A DNA stretch of 64,000 nucleotides from NCBI GenBank assembly GCA_015680685.1, contig MNCI01000550.1, forward strand, positions 9,794-73,793, given 5' to 3'. Below the pieces are notes generated by a model. The model did not search any database. It worked only from the letters and a program-made list of their open reading frames with translations, and was not told the DNA's origin. This DNA comes from Gnetum montanum (taxonomy: Eukaryota > Plantae > Gnetophyta). The translations under genes were made by a program, and so were the position numbers. Below are positions 1 through 13,700 of this stretch, piece after piece; positions within the stretch are counted from its first letter, which is position 1; every line of letters starts with the position of its first letter.

Positions 1-500
1 GTTGGATTGAATTTCAAATCCCTATTTTATTTATACATCATGATAGATCCTACCATATTTTGCTAACATGGAGTGGTAGGACCTAGCGACACGTAATCAA
101 GATGAACGATGGCATGAAATAGGATATCAATCCCCAAAGATACACTCTGTACGACATTAATTATATGCGCAGGGTATAAATATCTTAAAACGCAATTACT
201 GCTTAGGCATTGCGTTGCGTTGCGTTTCTGTAGTTTACTCCTCAATTAACATGCTAACTTACACTAATTAAGTATTACCACGGCCGAAAACGCTTAGAGC
301 GACCCCGAACCCGGAGGCGGTGACGCGCTCCAGCTGTCAACCCAAGCCAAGCGAACGCAAGCCACACACACAAAAACAAAACAGTAGATTTGACTGCTGT
401 GATTCCAAATCCTGGCTTTTGCTCGTTTGCTGAGAAGGCACACACACACCTTCAAACTCTCGCAAGCGAGCGGACAATACAGCACAGCAGAGCACGTAAG

Positions 501-588
501 ATGTCAGCCAAAGGTGCAAGACCTTTTCTTGATCCATCATCATTTCTCGTTGCTGTAACGAATGGTCTTCCAAGCTAAGCTAAGCTAA
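501..588 (+). other. Two overlapping upstream ORFs in the putative TOR 5' leader (501-578, 25 aa; 562-588, 8 aa)
   Basis: ATG 501 to TAA 576-578 gives MSAKGARPFLDPSSFLVAVTNGLPS; ATG 562 to TAA 586-588. The TSS is unknown, so it is unproven that they lie in the mRNA. Confidence 0.4.
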
Positions 589-760
589 GCGAAGCTAAAC
601 TCGACGACCTAAACTGGCGGACCACAACAAGAAGGCATCTCCTCATTGTCGTCGTCGTCATCGTTCATCTTCATCTTCATCTTGTTGTTGCTGCTAGTGT
701 AGTGTCGGAGGAATCTGAGTCAGTGCGTTTGCGAAGAAGAAGCAGAGCAGAGCTTCGTTA

Positions 761-3700
761 ATGGCTAGCGGCATGGCAGTTACTGGTGCTGCTCCGGGCG
801 TGCACGTGGCGGGGGCTCCGTCGAGCATGACTTTGGCGATCGCGGTGCCGTCCGAGGTACCAGCGAGGCCGCCTCCGCCGCCGCCGTCGTCGTCGTCGTC
901 GGCGTCGGTGGCGTCGCTGATTTCGTCGTCGTTGGTGGCGTCATCGGCGGCCTCCTCCATCATACGATATGCCAGCGGCGGCGGCCCGGATGCGCTTCGT
1001 CGGATTCTTCACGACCTCTGCACTCGTGGCAATCCCAAGGTGGACATAAAACTCACCGCATTTTGTTTTCGAAATCGTTGAGCTGTTTTCGTCGTTCGAT
1101 TCTTAAACCCTAGCCATTGCACAAGGTCCCAGCATGATCATGTTTTCCGCTTTGTCTTCACATGGTCGATTACGCCATTGTTCTGGTTCTTAAACCCTAG
1201 GAATTAATTGGATTCCCGGAGTCCTTGTCTCGGATTCATGCTTAAGTTGGGAATCTATGTTCTGTTGAATTGTTGGTGCTTCGCGAGGTTGTGTCAACTT
1301 GGTTAGGTGTTGTGGTTAGCTATCTTGTGACCGTGCCTTGTTGGAGGACTGATGTTTTCTGTTTCTGAACGCATTGTATTGAATGAGGGTGTACACAGAA
1401 CTGTTTTATTCCTTAGCATAAAAATTTAAATTTAAATTTGTTTTCATTCCTTATAATTATTGTTATTTGTACATTTAAAGTTTTCCATCAATTGGTCGAT
1501 GAACTTGAGTGTTGTCCATCCGATTGATGGCATATTTTTAGATGTTATCATTTTGGTCTTTTGATTATACCATTTATCCTTTGGTGCATCTATCTATGGG
1601 AGCTATGATTAGAATCAATTGAGCCAGCTATGTTCCTTAGATTAGCTAAAGTTTATGTAAATCAGCTGGCTTGAATGAATTGAGTCCTTTATTGAGTGAT
1701 CTCAGCTAAAATTGATGACACTCAAATTTGTTATTGTGTGAAGCTTCTACGGGTTTATGGTAGCGTTTTTTTATTGAAAGAATGTTTTATCGATACCTGA
1801 ATTTTGTTTAGTTGATTTTTTTTTTCATATATGGAAGTTTAGGTACTTAGATAATTTCTTTGCTTGGTTTTATTTGATTTCGATATATTGTCTCTTCAGG
1901 AAGGTGCCATTGCGGCACTCAGAAAGCATGTGGAGGAGGAGGCTCGAGATCTCAATGGGGAGGCTCTCACACGATTTCTGGACCAATTGTATGATAGGAT
2001 ATCTGCTCTTATGTTAAGCAGTGATGTTGCCGAAAATTTAGGTGCCTTGAGAGCCATAGATGTGTTGATTGATGTCAAATTAGGGGAACGTCTTTCAAAA
2101 GTATCCAGATTCTCAAATAACATGCGGTACCTATTTGAAGAAAAACATGATCATGAGGTTTTAGTACTGGGAAGCCGTGTTTTAGGGCATCTTGCTACGG
2201 CTGGAGGTGCCATGACAGCGGATGAAGTTGAGCATCAGGTTAGACAATATAAAGAATGTTTTGTATAATGTTTTAGTACATGTATGTTTTATGTTGATGT
2301 TGTCTTAACTATTCAAGAGAAATGCGTGGTTGCATCATTGACCACAGGTTAAAAATGCTTTAGGATGGCTTGGAGGTGAGAGGGTTGAGTACAAGCAACT
2401 GGCAGCTGTTTTGATTCTTAAAGTGAGTAGCTTAATTGCTGAAAGGAAAGGAGCATCCAATGACACATCCCCTTTAAAGTTAGATAAATTAGGAAAATGT
2501 CTTTGTTTCATAGCAAATTCCAATATGAAGATGAGCTGCAGTGAATAAAATGTCTGAATAATATACATGGGTTGTTCCTTTTTTCTTTTCGTTTTCTTTT
2601 TTATGCATTGCAGGAAATGGCTGAAAATGCTCCAACAGTTTTTAATGTCCACGTGCCTGAATTTGTGGATGCTGTATGGGTTGCTCTTAGAGATTCATCC
2701 TTAACTGTTCGTGAGCGGGCTGTGGAGGCCTTGCGTGCTTGTTTGTGTGTTATAGAAAAACGTGAAACAAGATGGAGAGTCCAATGGTACGTTATTATAC
2801 AATCCTTATGCTTATTTTCGTATTTCATTATAGTCAAGATGAATAATTTTCAGTTTTTGAGAATCTAGTTCAAGAGGGCATTTTATTGCAAGTTCCAAAG
2901 TGCAACTTGAAAATGAGAAAATATAACTACGTTCATTTATTATGATATAGAAACAAAATAAGCTAGAGCTGGTTGATCTTTTATTCTATTGAAGATACCA
3001 AATTTCTTTTGCATATAGAAAAAAAATATGACCAGGAGGATCCTTGGCTTTATATTTCTATATTTAAGGAAACTAGTGCTTGACCATATCCTCAATTTCT
3101 TGCTTTATGTTAGCCCAAATTGCCAAATAACTTTTAGGATTTGCCTTCCCTAAAGATCTCTATTAGTATTGTTTGGAAAAGAAGAATGGGGTTGGTTAGG
3201 TTTACAAAAAAAGCCTACAACGTTCCATGCTGTATTTTGACGTTAATGTAACATTGCATTTTGTTTGAATTTCTTTCAACTTCGCCATTAATGATAAAAC
3301 TCTAAAAGCTTCAATTTGCATTGTAACTAGTCAAAACATTTGTAATGATAGGATTCATGTATATGTGAACAGCCTAAATAACATCAACATACCAATAAAA
3401 TAGAAATCACTAATAATAATTATAATAAAACTTTTGTGTTTATTACATTGTTAGCTCCATAAGCCTTTTTTGTTTTTTGTAAGTTTGAAAATGTGTTTTT
3501 TTTTTAAAATATAAAAAGCTTTCATGTATCATTCAAAATTGAGGGGATAATCCTGATTTTTGAAAACATTTGGTTAATAAAATAACACAGTGCAACAACA
3601 TGAATGAGATAAAGTTGACTTTTTGAGTTATAAATTGTGAATAAGGCATGAGACATGGGTGTTCCTCATAAATGTTAACAGGTAGTGTGTGCCAAGAAAG

Positions 3701-6700
3701 GGCAGAAGTTGATCTACAATTATGTTTGTAAAAGATAGGTTCCATATGACAAGTGTGAACAAGATATGTTTTAGAATTTCCATATAGACGTTTGGAACTC
3801 ATGAACAGCGTGATGAAAAAAGTTAAGCTTGAAAGGCATGTTTGGGCCTAAAAAAGCACAAGAAAATTGTAATATTTTTTATACTTTTGACATGTAGCAA
3901 AAGTATTTCAGAATGACAAGTTTGAATATTGGTACAAAAACTCAATATGGAATTTAATAATTTTGACATTGCATGAAGTGTTGTTTAAAAGTATGATAGA
4001 GGTCATGATGTTCACTTTGTTTTTAGGAATCTGTTGGGTTGTGTTCTGGAAATACAAGTCATGTCATAAGGGTAGAAGTATTGTTGTTATGAAGTACAAT
4101 TCAAATGAAAGGACTGTGAATTATTCTTGAGTCTTGGTAACTTTATAAGTGATAAATTATTCTTGGATTCTCATAATATTTCATGAACCATTAAATCAAG
4201 AGTTATATCAATGTCCAGAAATTCCATGCTTCAGATGGTTTAGAGCATGGGAGGATGGGAATGTATAACTACATAAGTCTGTCAGGGACGGGGTGTTTTA
4301 TGTAAATTAGGTGGAAGTGTATGCAGAGCATGAGTTTAAAAGCAATTGATGAGAAAAATACAGAGCCGGACAGACTTTTCACATACTATTTAAGTATAAA
4401 GAAATAAAAATAGATCATGGGATAATCCTTACAATAACTTGTAACTCTTTTGGCAATATTTAACATGGATTTGAAATTCATCTGCATTTCAAATATCTAT
4501 GCATTGGGAGCATGGGAGTGTGAGAGAGCTCATGTGTAACAGAGTGCAAAAATCTAAGAAAAATCATATGTTTAGAAACTGTCTAGTCTTATTAATGTTA
4601 CGTGATTCAAAACATGGACATGATGTTGCCTTTTGTTTCCATGTTGTTTCAGATGTACTTCAAATTTTATATTAAGTTTTAATGTCGTTAAAGAAAATGT
4701 GACTATTTTTCTTCCTTGTCTTAAATTTGAGACTCTTTGATATCATTTTTTCTCACCATTTTATGCTTTCTAGGTACTATCGCATGTTTGAGGCTACCCA
4801 GGATGGGCTGGGAAAGAATGCTGGTGTTCACAGTATACATGGTTCATTATTAGCAGTTGGTGAGCTTCTAAGGTTAGATACAATATTCCACAAGTCATCT
4901 TTGTTATTGCTTACATTTATCAATTCTCTGTATTTATTCCTGGATTTTTGATGCTATATACAATTTCTTTGATACCTGTTTGTGAATTTGTGCTTTTGCC
5001 CATTAGAAACACAGGAGAGTTTATGATGTCAAGATATAAAGAAGTTGCAGATATAGTGTTTAAATACCGTGAACACAGAGATAAGCTTGTACGACGTAGC
5101 ATCACATCTCTATTGCCTCGGATAGCTCATTTTTTGCGTGACCGTTTTGTTACTTCGTATCTTAAGGTATGTTACATAACTCTGTATCAGTTAAATCTCT
5201 GATTATAGAAAGATTTTGTTGATTCATTTTATCATGTATCAAAATGTTTGTAAGCTAGAAACCATGGATTCGGTTAAAATGTTATTCTTACCTGCGTATA
5301 ATGATTCCTTGTACTGATGGCTGTATCAGATATGCATGGATCATATTCTTACAGTACTTCGGACTCCAGCAGAACGTGCAAGTGGTTTTGTTGCTCTGGG
5401 AGAAATGGCAGGAGCTTTAGATGGAGAATTGATAAATTATTTGCCGACAATAACTAACCTTCTTCGAGAAGCAGTTAAGTTTCAATTTTTGTGTTGATTT
5501 CTTTGGCAGCTTATGACACTTGTTGGAATCTTGTGGTTAATGTGCTGTGGATTTTCAGATTTCTCCTCGTAGGGGAAAACCTTCTTTAGAAGCGATTGCA
5601 TGTGTGGGCAGTTTTGCCAAGGCTATGGGTGAGGCTATGGAGCCTCATGTTCGTTGTTTACTAGATGCCATGTTTTCTGCTGGCCTATCACCAACGTTAG
5701 TTGATGCTCTTCATCAGATTGCTTCAAGGTGAGTGTTTTATATGTTGGATTATGTTGAAGTAAGGTTATGATGACTGTTGTTTACTATGGATGCATGAAC
5801 TAATAGAGGCTTGTAACATTCATGATTTTTGAAACTGAAACTGAATGTATTGAATGAGAATTGGGAACTTTTGAGGCTCTCTTGATCTGTTGAACCACAT
5901 CAGTTTCAAAAATTCCTTATATAGAATTTTTCCATATTTCAGCATTGCTTACTGGAATTGAACCTATGACCTTGATTTTTGAAAAGGTAACCTGAGCACA
6001 AATTTTAGGGATGCTTCTATAGAATCTTTGCTTCACACAAGGTGTATAATGTTATGCAATTTTGGCCTTTGATTTTATAAGCAAGTCCTAAAGATTGAGA
6101 TTAGGCCATGTTGTGAAGTTAAACTTTGCAGGTTTTTTATTTTCATACGTGGGCTGTGAAAGTAAACATTGTTGCTACAATACATAACTTTGAAAGTGAG
6201 AAAACTAATTTCATTAACTGACGTTTACAATAAAAGAGCTCGTTGCTGAGTTCTGTTACCTCATTGAGGATTTTATCTTTTGTATCTGTTGTATTATGTG
6301 GTAGGTCTTGCTTAATCTTTTACCTTTTTAACCATGAAACTATTATGCACTGAGCTGTTATCATTATTGCCTTTATTTCATGAGCATAAGGTAGACAGGT
6401 GATTTGGTGATGGTTTGTATGACTGGGTGTGCTGCTGACTCCAACCTGAAATAATGTTTTACTTGAGTTTCCAAGGGGCAGTTGTGGAATTGAACCTTGA
6501 ACCTAATATCTTTTAATTGTATTTTAACTGTTATATCAAGGTTCATTACCCATCACTTTTAAAAGTTAAAGGGATGAAAAATCATTGAATTTTTCCCTCT
6601 TATTAGCTGCTGAAATGTGTTGCGAAAGTTGCAATGCAAGGGGCTTACAAACATTTTCATTTTATTATTTCACATCTCATCGGTAGGCTTCTTTGTAGAT

Positions 6701-7726
6701 TTCCTGGTATGTTGAAACTGTTTGAACTATCTGTTAGATGCTTATTTGTGTCTACAAATTTGATGGTAATATTTATGGTATTAATATTTTATGGTCCTCA
6801 TCGCAAGTAGAAAAGGTGCCTGAAAATTCTAACATATTGTTTTTTTCTTTTAAGAAGTTATTTTTTTCTGACATTATGATTTGCCACAGTTTGCCTTCTT
6901 TGTTGCCGACAATTCAAGAGCGCTTACGTGACTGCATATCTATGGTGTTATATAAGGCATCGAACCGAATGACAAGACCAGATAATACAGTGCCTTGGAC
7001 AAATACTGTTATGAGCAGCCATCAACTTATTGATGGTATTGGTCCAGCGCTTGTACAACTTGCATTGCAAACATTGGCACAGTTTAATTTTAAGGTGGGT
7101 TATACTGCATTGGTATAGCTTAGTTCTGTGACCTATAGATATAGCTTTTGAACACAGTTGTCAATGATAGCTAAAGTCCATATTTTTTTCAGCAAAGATA
7201 AATTTTTTCTTGTGTGGGGTGCAGGGTCATGACCTTTTAGACTTTGCAAGGGATGTTGTAGTAATGTTTCTAGACGATGAAGATAGCATTACTCGGAGAG
7301 ATGCTGGAGTTTGCTGTTGTAAGTTAGTGGAAACGTCCTATTTTGCTAGTACTATGCCATCACATTTTAGCACTAGTCGAAATGGACGTCCTACCGGTGG
7401 AAGGCGACAACTATTGGTTGAAGAGGTACTTATGATATTTTGTTCATTAAATAAATATTGGCAATTTGTTAGCAGCAGTGCCCTTTTCAATATCTTCTGA
7501 TATTTCTTTAATAAAAAAATTGATAGGTTTTCTTACATTAAAAACTTGGCTTATTTGTCTTGCCACATTGCAGATTATAGAAAAGCTTCTCACTGCAGCT
7601 GTTGCAGATGCGGATGTAAGAGTTCGGAAATCTATTTTTGAATCTCTGCATGTCAATGAAGGCTTTGATGAATTTTTGGCCCAGGCTGATAGCTTGCGTG
7701 CTGTGTTTGTTTCTCTCAATGATGAG
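761..7726 (+). CDS. TOR: TOR exons 1-11 (N-terminal extension and N-HEAT repeats)
   Basis: GT-AG bounded exons encoding [19 protein letters not shown]...[18 protein letters not shown]. Confidence 0.95.
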
Positions 7727-10700
7727 GTAACGCTAGATTCTTGTTTAGTATATGATGAAGCAATTTCATATTGTAATATCTTCCTGTAGATTTTGAGAAT
7801 TTGTTAGATTTCTAACTGTTGAATTATTTCACTCAAGCAACAGTTTCTAATTTATTCTGAGTCAACAAAATCTTTTTTGGTAATGGTGTGAGACAATGAA
7901 TTGATGAGTCACATGAAGGATATGCATTGGTTGAGGGAGGACTATTTTAAAAAGGCCGATGGCTTCTAAAGTAAGAGTATGGATAAATGAAAGATAGAAG
8001 AAAGTAACATGTAGAACCAACTACCAAGAAGAGAGGTCATTAACTATTATTGGAGAACCAAATTGAAGTTAGTGCCACAAACTGAACACTGAAAGATGAG
8101 AATGGTGAGGAGTGAAACTACAGAAGGTTGAATGAGAAACAGGTGACACAGCCTGAGCAAAGAAAAGATGAAGAGTGTTTCTAACATTACTGAATGTTAG
8201 TGGACACTGTTATGGAGTGATCACAAGAGTAATTGAAATTGACTTCATCAAGAGTACATCTAGACTCCTCCAATGAATGGAATTCAATGTCAAGGAGTAG
8301 AGTAGCTATTCAGTTCATGAAGCAAGGAATATTAGATTGAAGACTGGTCTGATGTAAGAAAAGTTAGGATTAGTTGCGGTAGATTTGAGAGGATGTAAGA
8401 GGACAATCCTCTTACTAACAGAAAACCTATGTTATCAAACCATGTTGTATATCAAACCTCCTACATCTGTATCTGCAAGAGCTTCAGTAAGAAGCTTTTT
8501 GATAATCTGCAATGTATTGAGATAAATATACCACATAAGTATTTAATGTGAGAAAACCTATCAAAATTTTTATTAAAAATATTTTCAGAAAATATTAAAA
8601 AGGGCCAACCATCACTGCTTCTAACAACTTACCAGTATTTTATTTAATGAACAAAATATCATAACTACCTCTTCAAGCAGTAGCGATGGTCTTATACTGC
8701 TAGGACGTCTGTTTTGGCTAGTGTTAAAATGTGATGACATAGTACTGGTGTGTTTCCACTAACTTATAGCTGAAAATTCCAACATCTCTCTGTCTAACAG
8801 TATTTTCATCCTCTATAAAAGTTACCGCAACATAGTCTAAAAGGTCATGACCCTGCACCTCACCCACGACAAAATTTATCTTTGCCAAAAACAAATATGG
8901 ACTCTGGCTATCATTAAGATCTTTGTGTGCAAAAGAAACATCTAGAGCTTGTAGAACCAAGCTATAGCAATACAGTATAAGCCACATTAAAATTAAACTT
9001 TGCCATTGTTTGCGTTGTAGAAGAGCTGGGCCACCACCATCCATAAGCTGATGGCTGCTCATAACAGTATTTGTCCAAGGCACTGTGCTATCTGGCCTTG
9101 TCATTCAGTTCAATGTCTTAGATAACACCATAGATATGTAGTCAAGTAAATGTTCTTGAATTGGCGGCAAGAAATAAGGCATACTGTAGCAAAACATAAT
9201 GTTATAAAAACACAAAAAAAAAAAACAGTATATTAGAGCTTTCAAGCACCTTTTCTGCATGTGATGAGGACTATAAATTGTTGACTACATAAGTATTATT
9301 GTTGATTAAATCTAACAGATATTTTAAACAGTTTCAACGTATCGAGAAATTTACAAAGAAGCTTACATATGAGATGTGAAATCATAAAAATGAAATGTTC
9401 ATCAATCCCCTTGCCTTGCAAATTTTGCAACACATTTTAGTGGCTAACAAGAATGGAAAATATCAATGATTTTTCATGTCTTAACTTTTAAAAGTGATAA
9501 GTAATGAACCTTGACATAACAGTTTGGACACAATTAAAAGATGTTAGGTTCGAGGTTCAATTCCACAACTGCCAGTTGGAAAATTGAGGAAAATATAAAT
9601 TCAGGTTGGAGGAAAATACAAATCATCATCAAATCATCTGTCTACCCTAATGGGACACCTCATCCTCATGAAATAAAGGCAATAATGATAAAAGTTCAAT
9701 GTATACCAGTTTCATGGTTAAAAAGGTAAGAGAAAACAAGACGTACCACCCAGCACAACAGATACAAAAACTAAAACCCTCAATGAGGGTAACAGAACTC
9801 AGCAACTAGCTCTTGTATTGTAAACATCACATAATGAAATTAGTTTTCTGACTTTATCTGATTCACAAACTAAGTAATCTGTGTTACACAAAAGTGTGCT
9901 TGCTGCCAAATTCCTGCACTCTGAAGTGTAAGGTGTTTCGTCCTAGTAGCGCTCCAGTATTGCAGCGATAAAATATGTGAGGTATGCGTGTGCTATGGAG
10001 ACCGGAGAATGCTCATGTTAGAAGAGGTCGCTTTATTAAAGTTGAGGGGAACCAACCAAGAGGTAGACCAAAACATTCTTGGTTTGCCTGCATAAAGAAA
10101 AACATCTAGGATTTAAGTATTAACTGCTTATTTGGCTCTTAATACAAGAAAATTGTGTGAAAGAACTCATATAGCTGACCACATGTAGTTGGGATAAGAC
10201 TAGGATGATAATGATGATGATGCATGTGCTTGTATGCAGGAGTGTGAAGGTGCACAGGTGAGCATTGTGTCATCTATGTTGATCCCTGTGTGTAGTTGCA
10301 GATGACCAGTGTGAATGGGTGTCAGTGTGCTAGCACAAAAGAGGCCAACAGTTAATGGACAGAGGCCACCACATTTGTTACAATGCTTAAACTTAGTCTT
10401 CTGTAGTGTGTAATGATATCTGTAAATGCTTTCAGGGCAGATTCTATAGATACTTTTGTGTGCTCCAGTTTTGCTATTTGTTACATAGTGTATTAATTTC
10501 TGCAGCATGTTCTGGATTGTGCCAGCCTGCATAGCTTTTACGTTAGCTTTTTGAAATTTAGACGCTGCCCAAAAGAGGAATGTGTGGAAGAAACTGCATA
10601 TCTAAAGTAGAGAATTGACCAGATCTTTATATTTGTCAGTTTCTTGTTTGTCTTCTTTGTGTTTCTGTAGCTTGCCTGAAAATTCAAACAGCAGTGAACT

Positions 10701-13700
10701 GGAAAATGAGTGATGTACTCTGTACTGCTGATGTGGTGGTGGTGGTGGTCTTCAGCAGTGATGTGCTGGCCCAAAGTTTGGACACCGTTGTGCAAAAATG
10801 GTCATTGTTGTTCTTGGGTCGTAGGGTGCAACTTTCATCCTTAAAAGATCTTTAAAATAAAAGTATCCTATTCTAATGGATCCGAGCATGTAATGTACGT
10901 GGGCTATAATGCTTTCAGGGCCGATTTTATAGATACTTTTGTGTGCGTCATTTTTGGTCTTCTATAGCATATAATAATATCTGGAAATGCTTTCAGGGCA
11001 GATTCTATAGATGCTTTTGTGTGCTTCAGTCTTGCTATTTGTTGTATATCATATTAATTTCCATGGCACATTCTGGGTTGTGCCAGCCTGCATGGCTTCC
11101 AAATTAGCTTCTAAAATTTAGACCCTGCCTAGAAGAGAATGTGTGGAAAAAACTTTATACCTGCAATGGAGAATTGGCCAGATTTTTACATTTGTCAGTC
11201 TCTTGTTGGTCTTTTTTGTGTTTCTGTAGCTTGCCTGAAAACTGAAGCAGCAGTGAAATGGAAAAAGAGTGATGAACTCTGCATTGCTGAAAACTCAGAC
11301 AGCAGTGCTGTTCTGGCCCAGACTTTGGACAGCATTGTGCAAAAATGTTCTTAGGTTTTAGGGTGCTACTTGAATCCTTAAAAGATTTTTAAAATAAGAT
11401 AGGTAAGTCTAGGGAATTTGAGCATGCAATACTTGTGGACCTAGTGTGCGAGACACTATAAAACCAAAACTTAAATTTTTTATGTACTTGTTTTTCCTTG
11501 AAATGAGGAATTTTGTTGAAGGATGAAAAAATTTTATTTTTAGATTTATTTTAACAATTTTTCATTTGTGCTTTCATACAGTTTTTCTTCGCTCCCTTTT
11601 ATCTTCTCTTTCTCCTGAACTTGTTTGTGGGCACACTTCCCTACACCCATGATCCCATGTTCCCAAACCATGTGAAAAATAGCAATTGACTTAAACGCCC
11701 TCTATCCTACGATAATTTGTAATCCATATTGTACTTATTGTACGCAGTCCAATGACCACGTTATTCTGTTATCACAAATATCCAACTTGTCATTATAAAA
11801 AAATATTGCAACATATGTTGTTAAAGCAGGAGAATATTAGGAGGTAAGAGTAAAGTTTGATCGTTGATGTGCAGCCTTCCGGAGGCATTGCAAATGGAGA
11901 GATGTGAATGTGAAGAAACAAGTATGAGAAGTAGAAAGGAGAACTCACAATTGTGGCCATGGTAGGAAATAGAGACTTCTTGAGGGCACATAGTCCTACT
12001 AGTTTGCATAATTGGATTGATGGGTGATTTATATTTTAATTTTAGCTCGTGTCTGGGTGATTGAGACTTATTTCATAAGGAAGAAACATTGAGAGGATAT
12101 AATGGGTACGTCTTTGGCCTTCTTTTTTTTGGTATTTGATACGGTTGTTTTTGTTTGTAATGTTGAAATGATGAGGTTGTTTCTTTTAGATTGGGTTAGT
12201 TTATTTTCTGGTGTTGGACACTTCAACATTGTCTCTTTTATACTCGTAAAATGTTATCATCCAGCTTTAGACTGATGACTCTCATTTGACTTTCTGAACA
12301 ATTTTAATTCATTTGTTTTTTTTCTCTGTGAACTGGCCACTGTGCAAGGTGTAATTTTTGTTTGTTAGAAAATGTAAAATAAGTAAATAACTGAAGTAAT
12401 TCATTTACTGGTATTAACGTGTTTTTAGAATCATTACTGATCAAGTATGTGTTTTGTTAATGTTTTGACAAAATGTAGGCCTATGAAGTACGGGTTATTG
12501 CTATATCAATGGCTGGTAGATTGTCTGGAAGAAACCCAGCATATGTTCTTCCTGCTTTACGTCGTCATCTTGTTCAACTTTTGACAGATTTGGAACAGAG
12601 GTCAGAAGAGTGTGCATTTTCAGTTATTTTATCTTTGTCACATTAGATTTTGTTGCTACTAATGCCAAAGTTAGAAGTTTTTAATTTAATGTTCAAGTTT
12701 TCTTTTTAATTTATCAACAGTGCAGATAGCAAAAGCAAGGAAGAGAGTGCAAAGTTATTAGGGAATCTGATTAAGTCATGTGAAAGATTGGTGCTGCCAT
12801 ATATTGCCCCAGTTCACAAGGTGAGTTTAAGAAAATCATAAAGCTCTTCTGCATATCATATTTTCGTCATTGATTTTTGTCTCTGTTTTTGAGTAATTTT
12901 GCATTGGCATGATCATATTTTCTTCATTGATTTTTGTTTCTGTTTTTGAATAAATTTGAATTGGCATGATTCTTTTAGAAAGCTAATTATGGGAGGGGCA
13001 GTTTTTCATAAGCATAAAGCATGTCTGTATTTAGATGATAGGGTTAACATTTTGTGACTCAATTGCAGGCTTTAGTTGCAAAACTGTGTGAAGGTACAGG
13101 TGTTAATGCCAATAATGGAGTAATAACAGGTGTAATTGCAACAGTGGGAGAACTGGCAAGAGTGGTAAATATTCAATAGTGATTCAGTTTTCCCTAGTAA
13201 AATGTCTTGAAAATTGTTTTGATAATTATTGAAAAATGAAGAAGCTATTTTATTTGGTATTTACCAATTTTTGTGGTATGGCAAAGATTTAAATAATTTG
13301 GATACAACAGTTTGAAATGTTTTTCTTGTACTACAGTTGCTGTATGGCATACACTTGCAGATTATAATAGCATCTCTTCTCAGTTTCTTATTGTGAATTT
13401 ATAGGGAGGGTGTGCTATGAGGGATTATGTACATGAGCTAATGCCCCTGATTGTGGAAGCATTGCGTGATGGAGCAGCTGCCATCAAACGTGAAGTTGCT
13501 GTTGGTACTCTTGGTCAGGTTGTTCAGAGCACAGGGTAAGGATAATATGTTCTTTTTTTTTTTTGGGATACTATTTGTTGTCTGCGATATAAAATTTCTG
13601 GAGTACAACCAGGGAATTTTTGGAATCCTATATATCGACAAGGAACATGATCAACGGTCCATTACATAAGTATTGAATGTGAAAATGCCAGAAATTTAAA

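Noticed and set aside
694-963. 89-aa minus-strand ORF with Asp/Gly runs
   Set aside because: Antisense shadow of GC-rich triplet repeats in TOR exon 1
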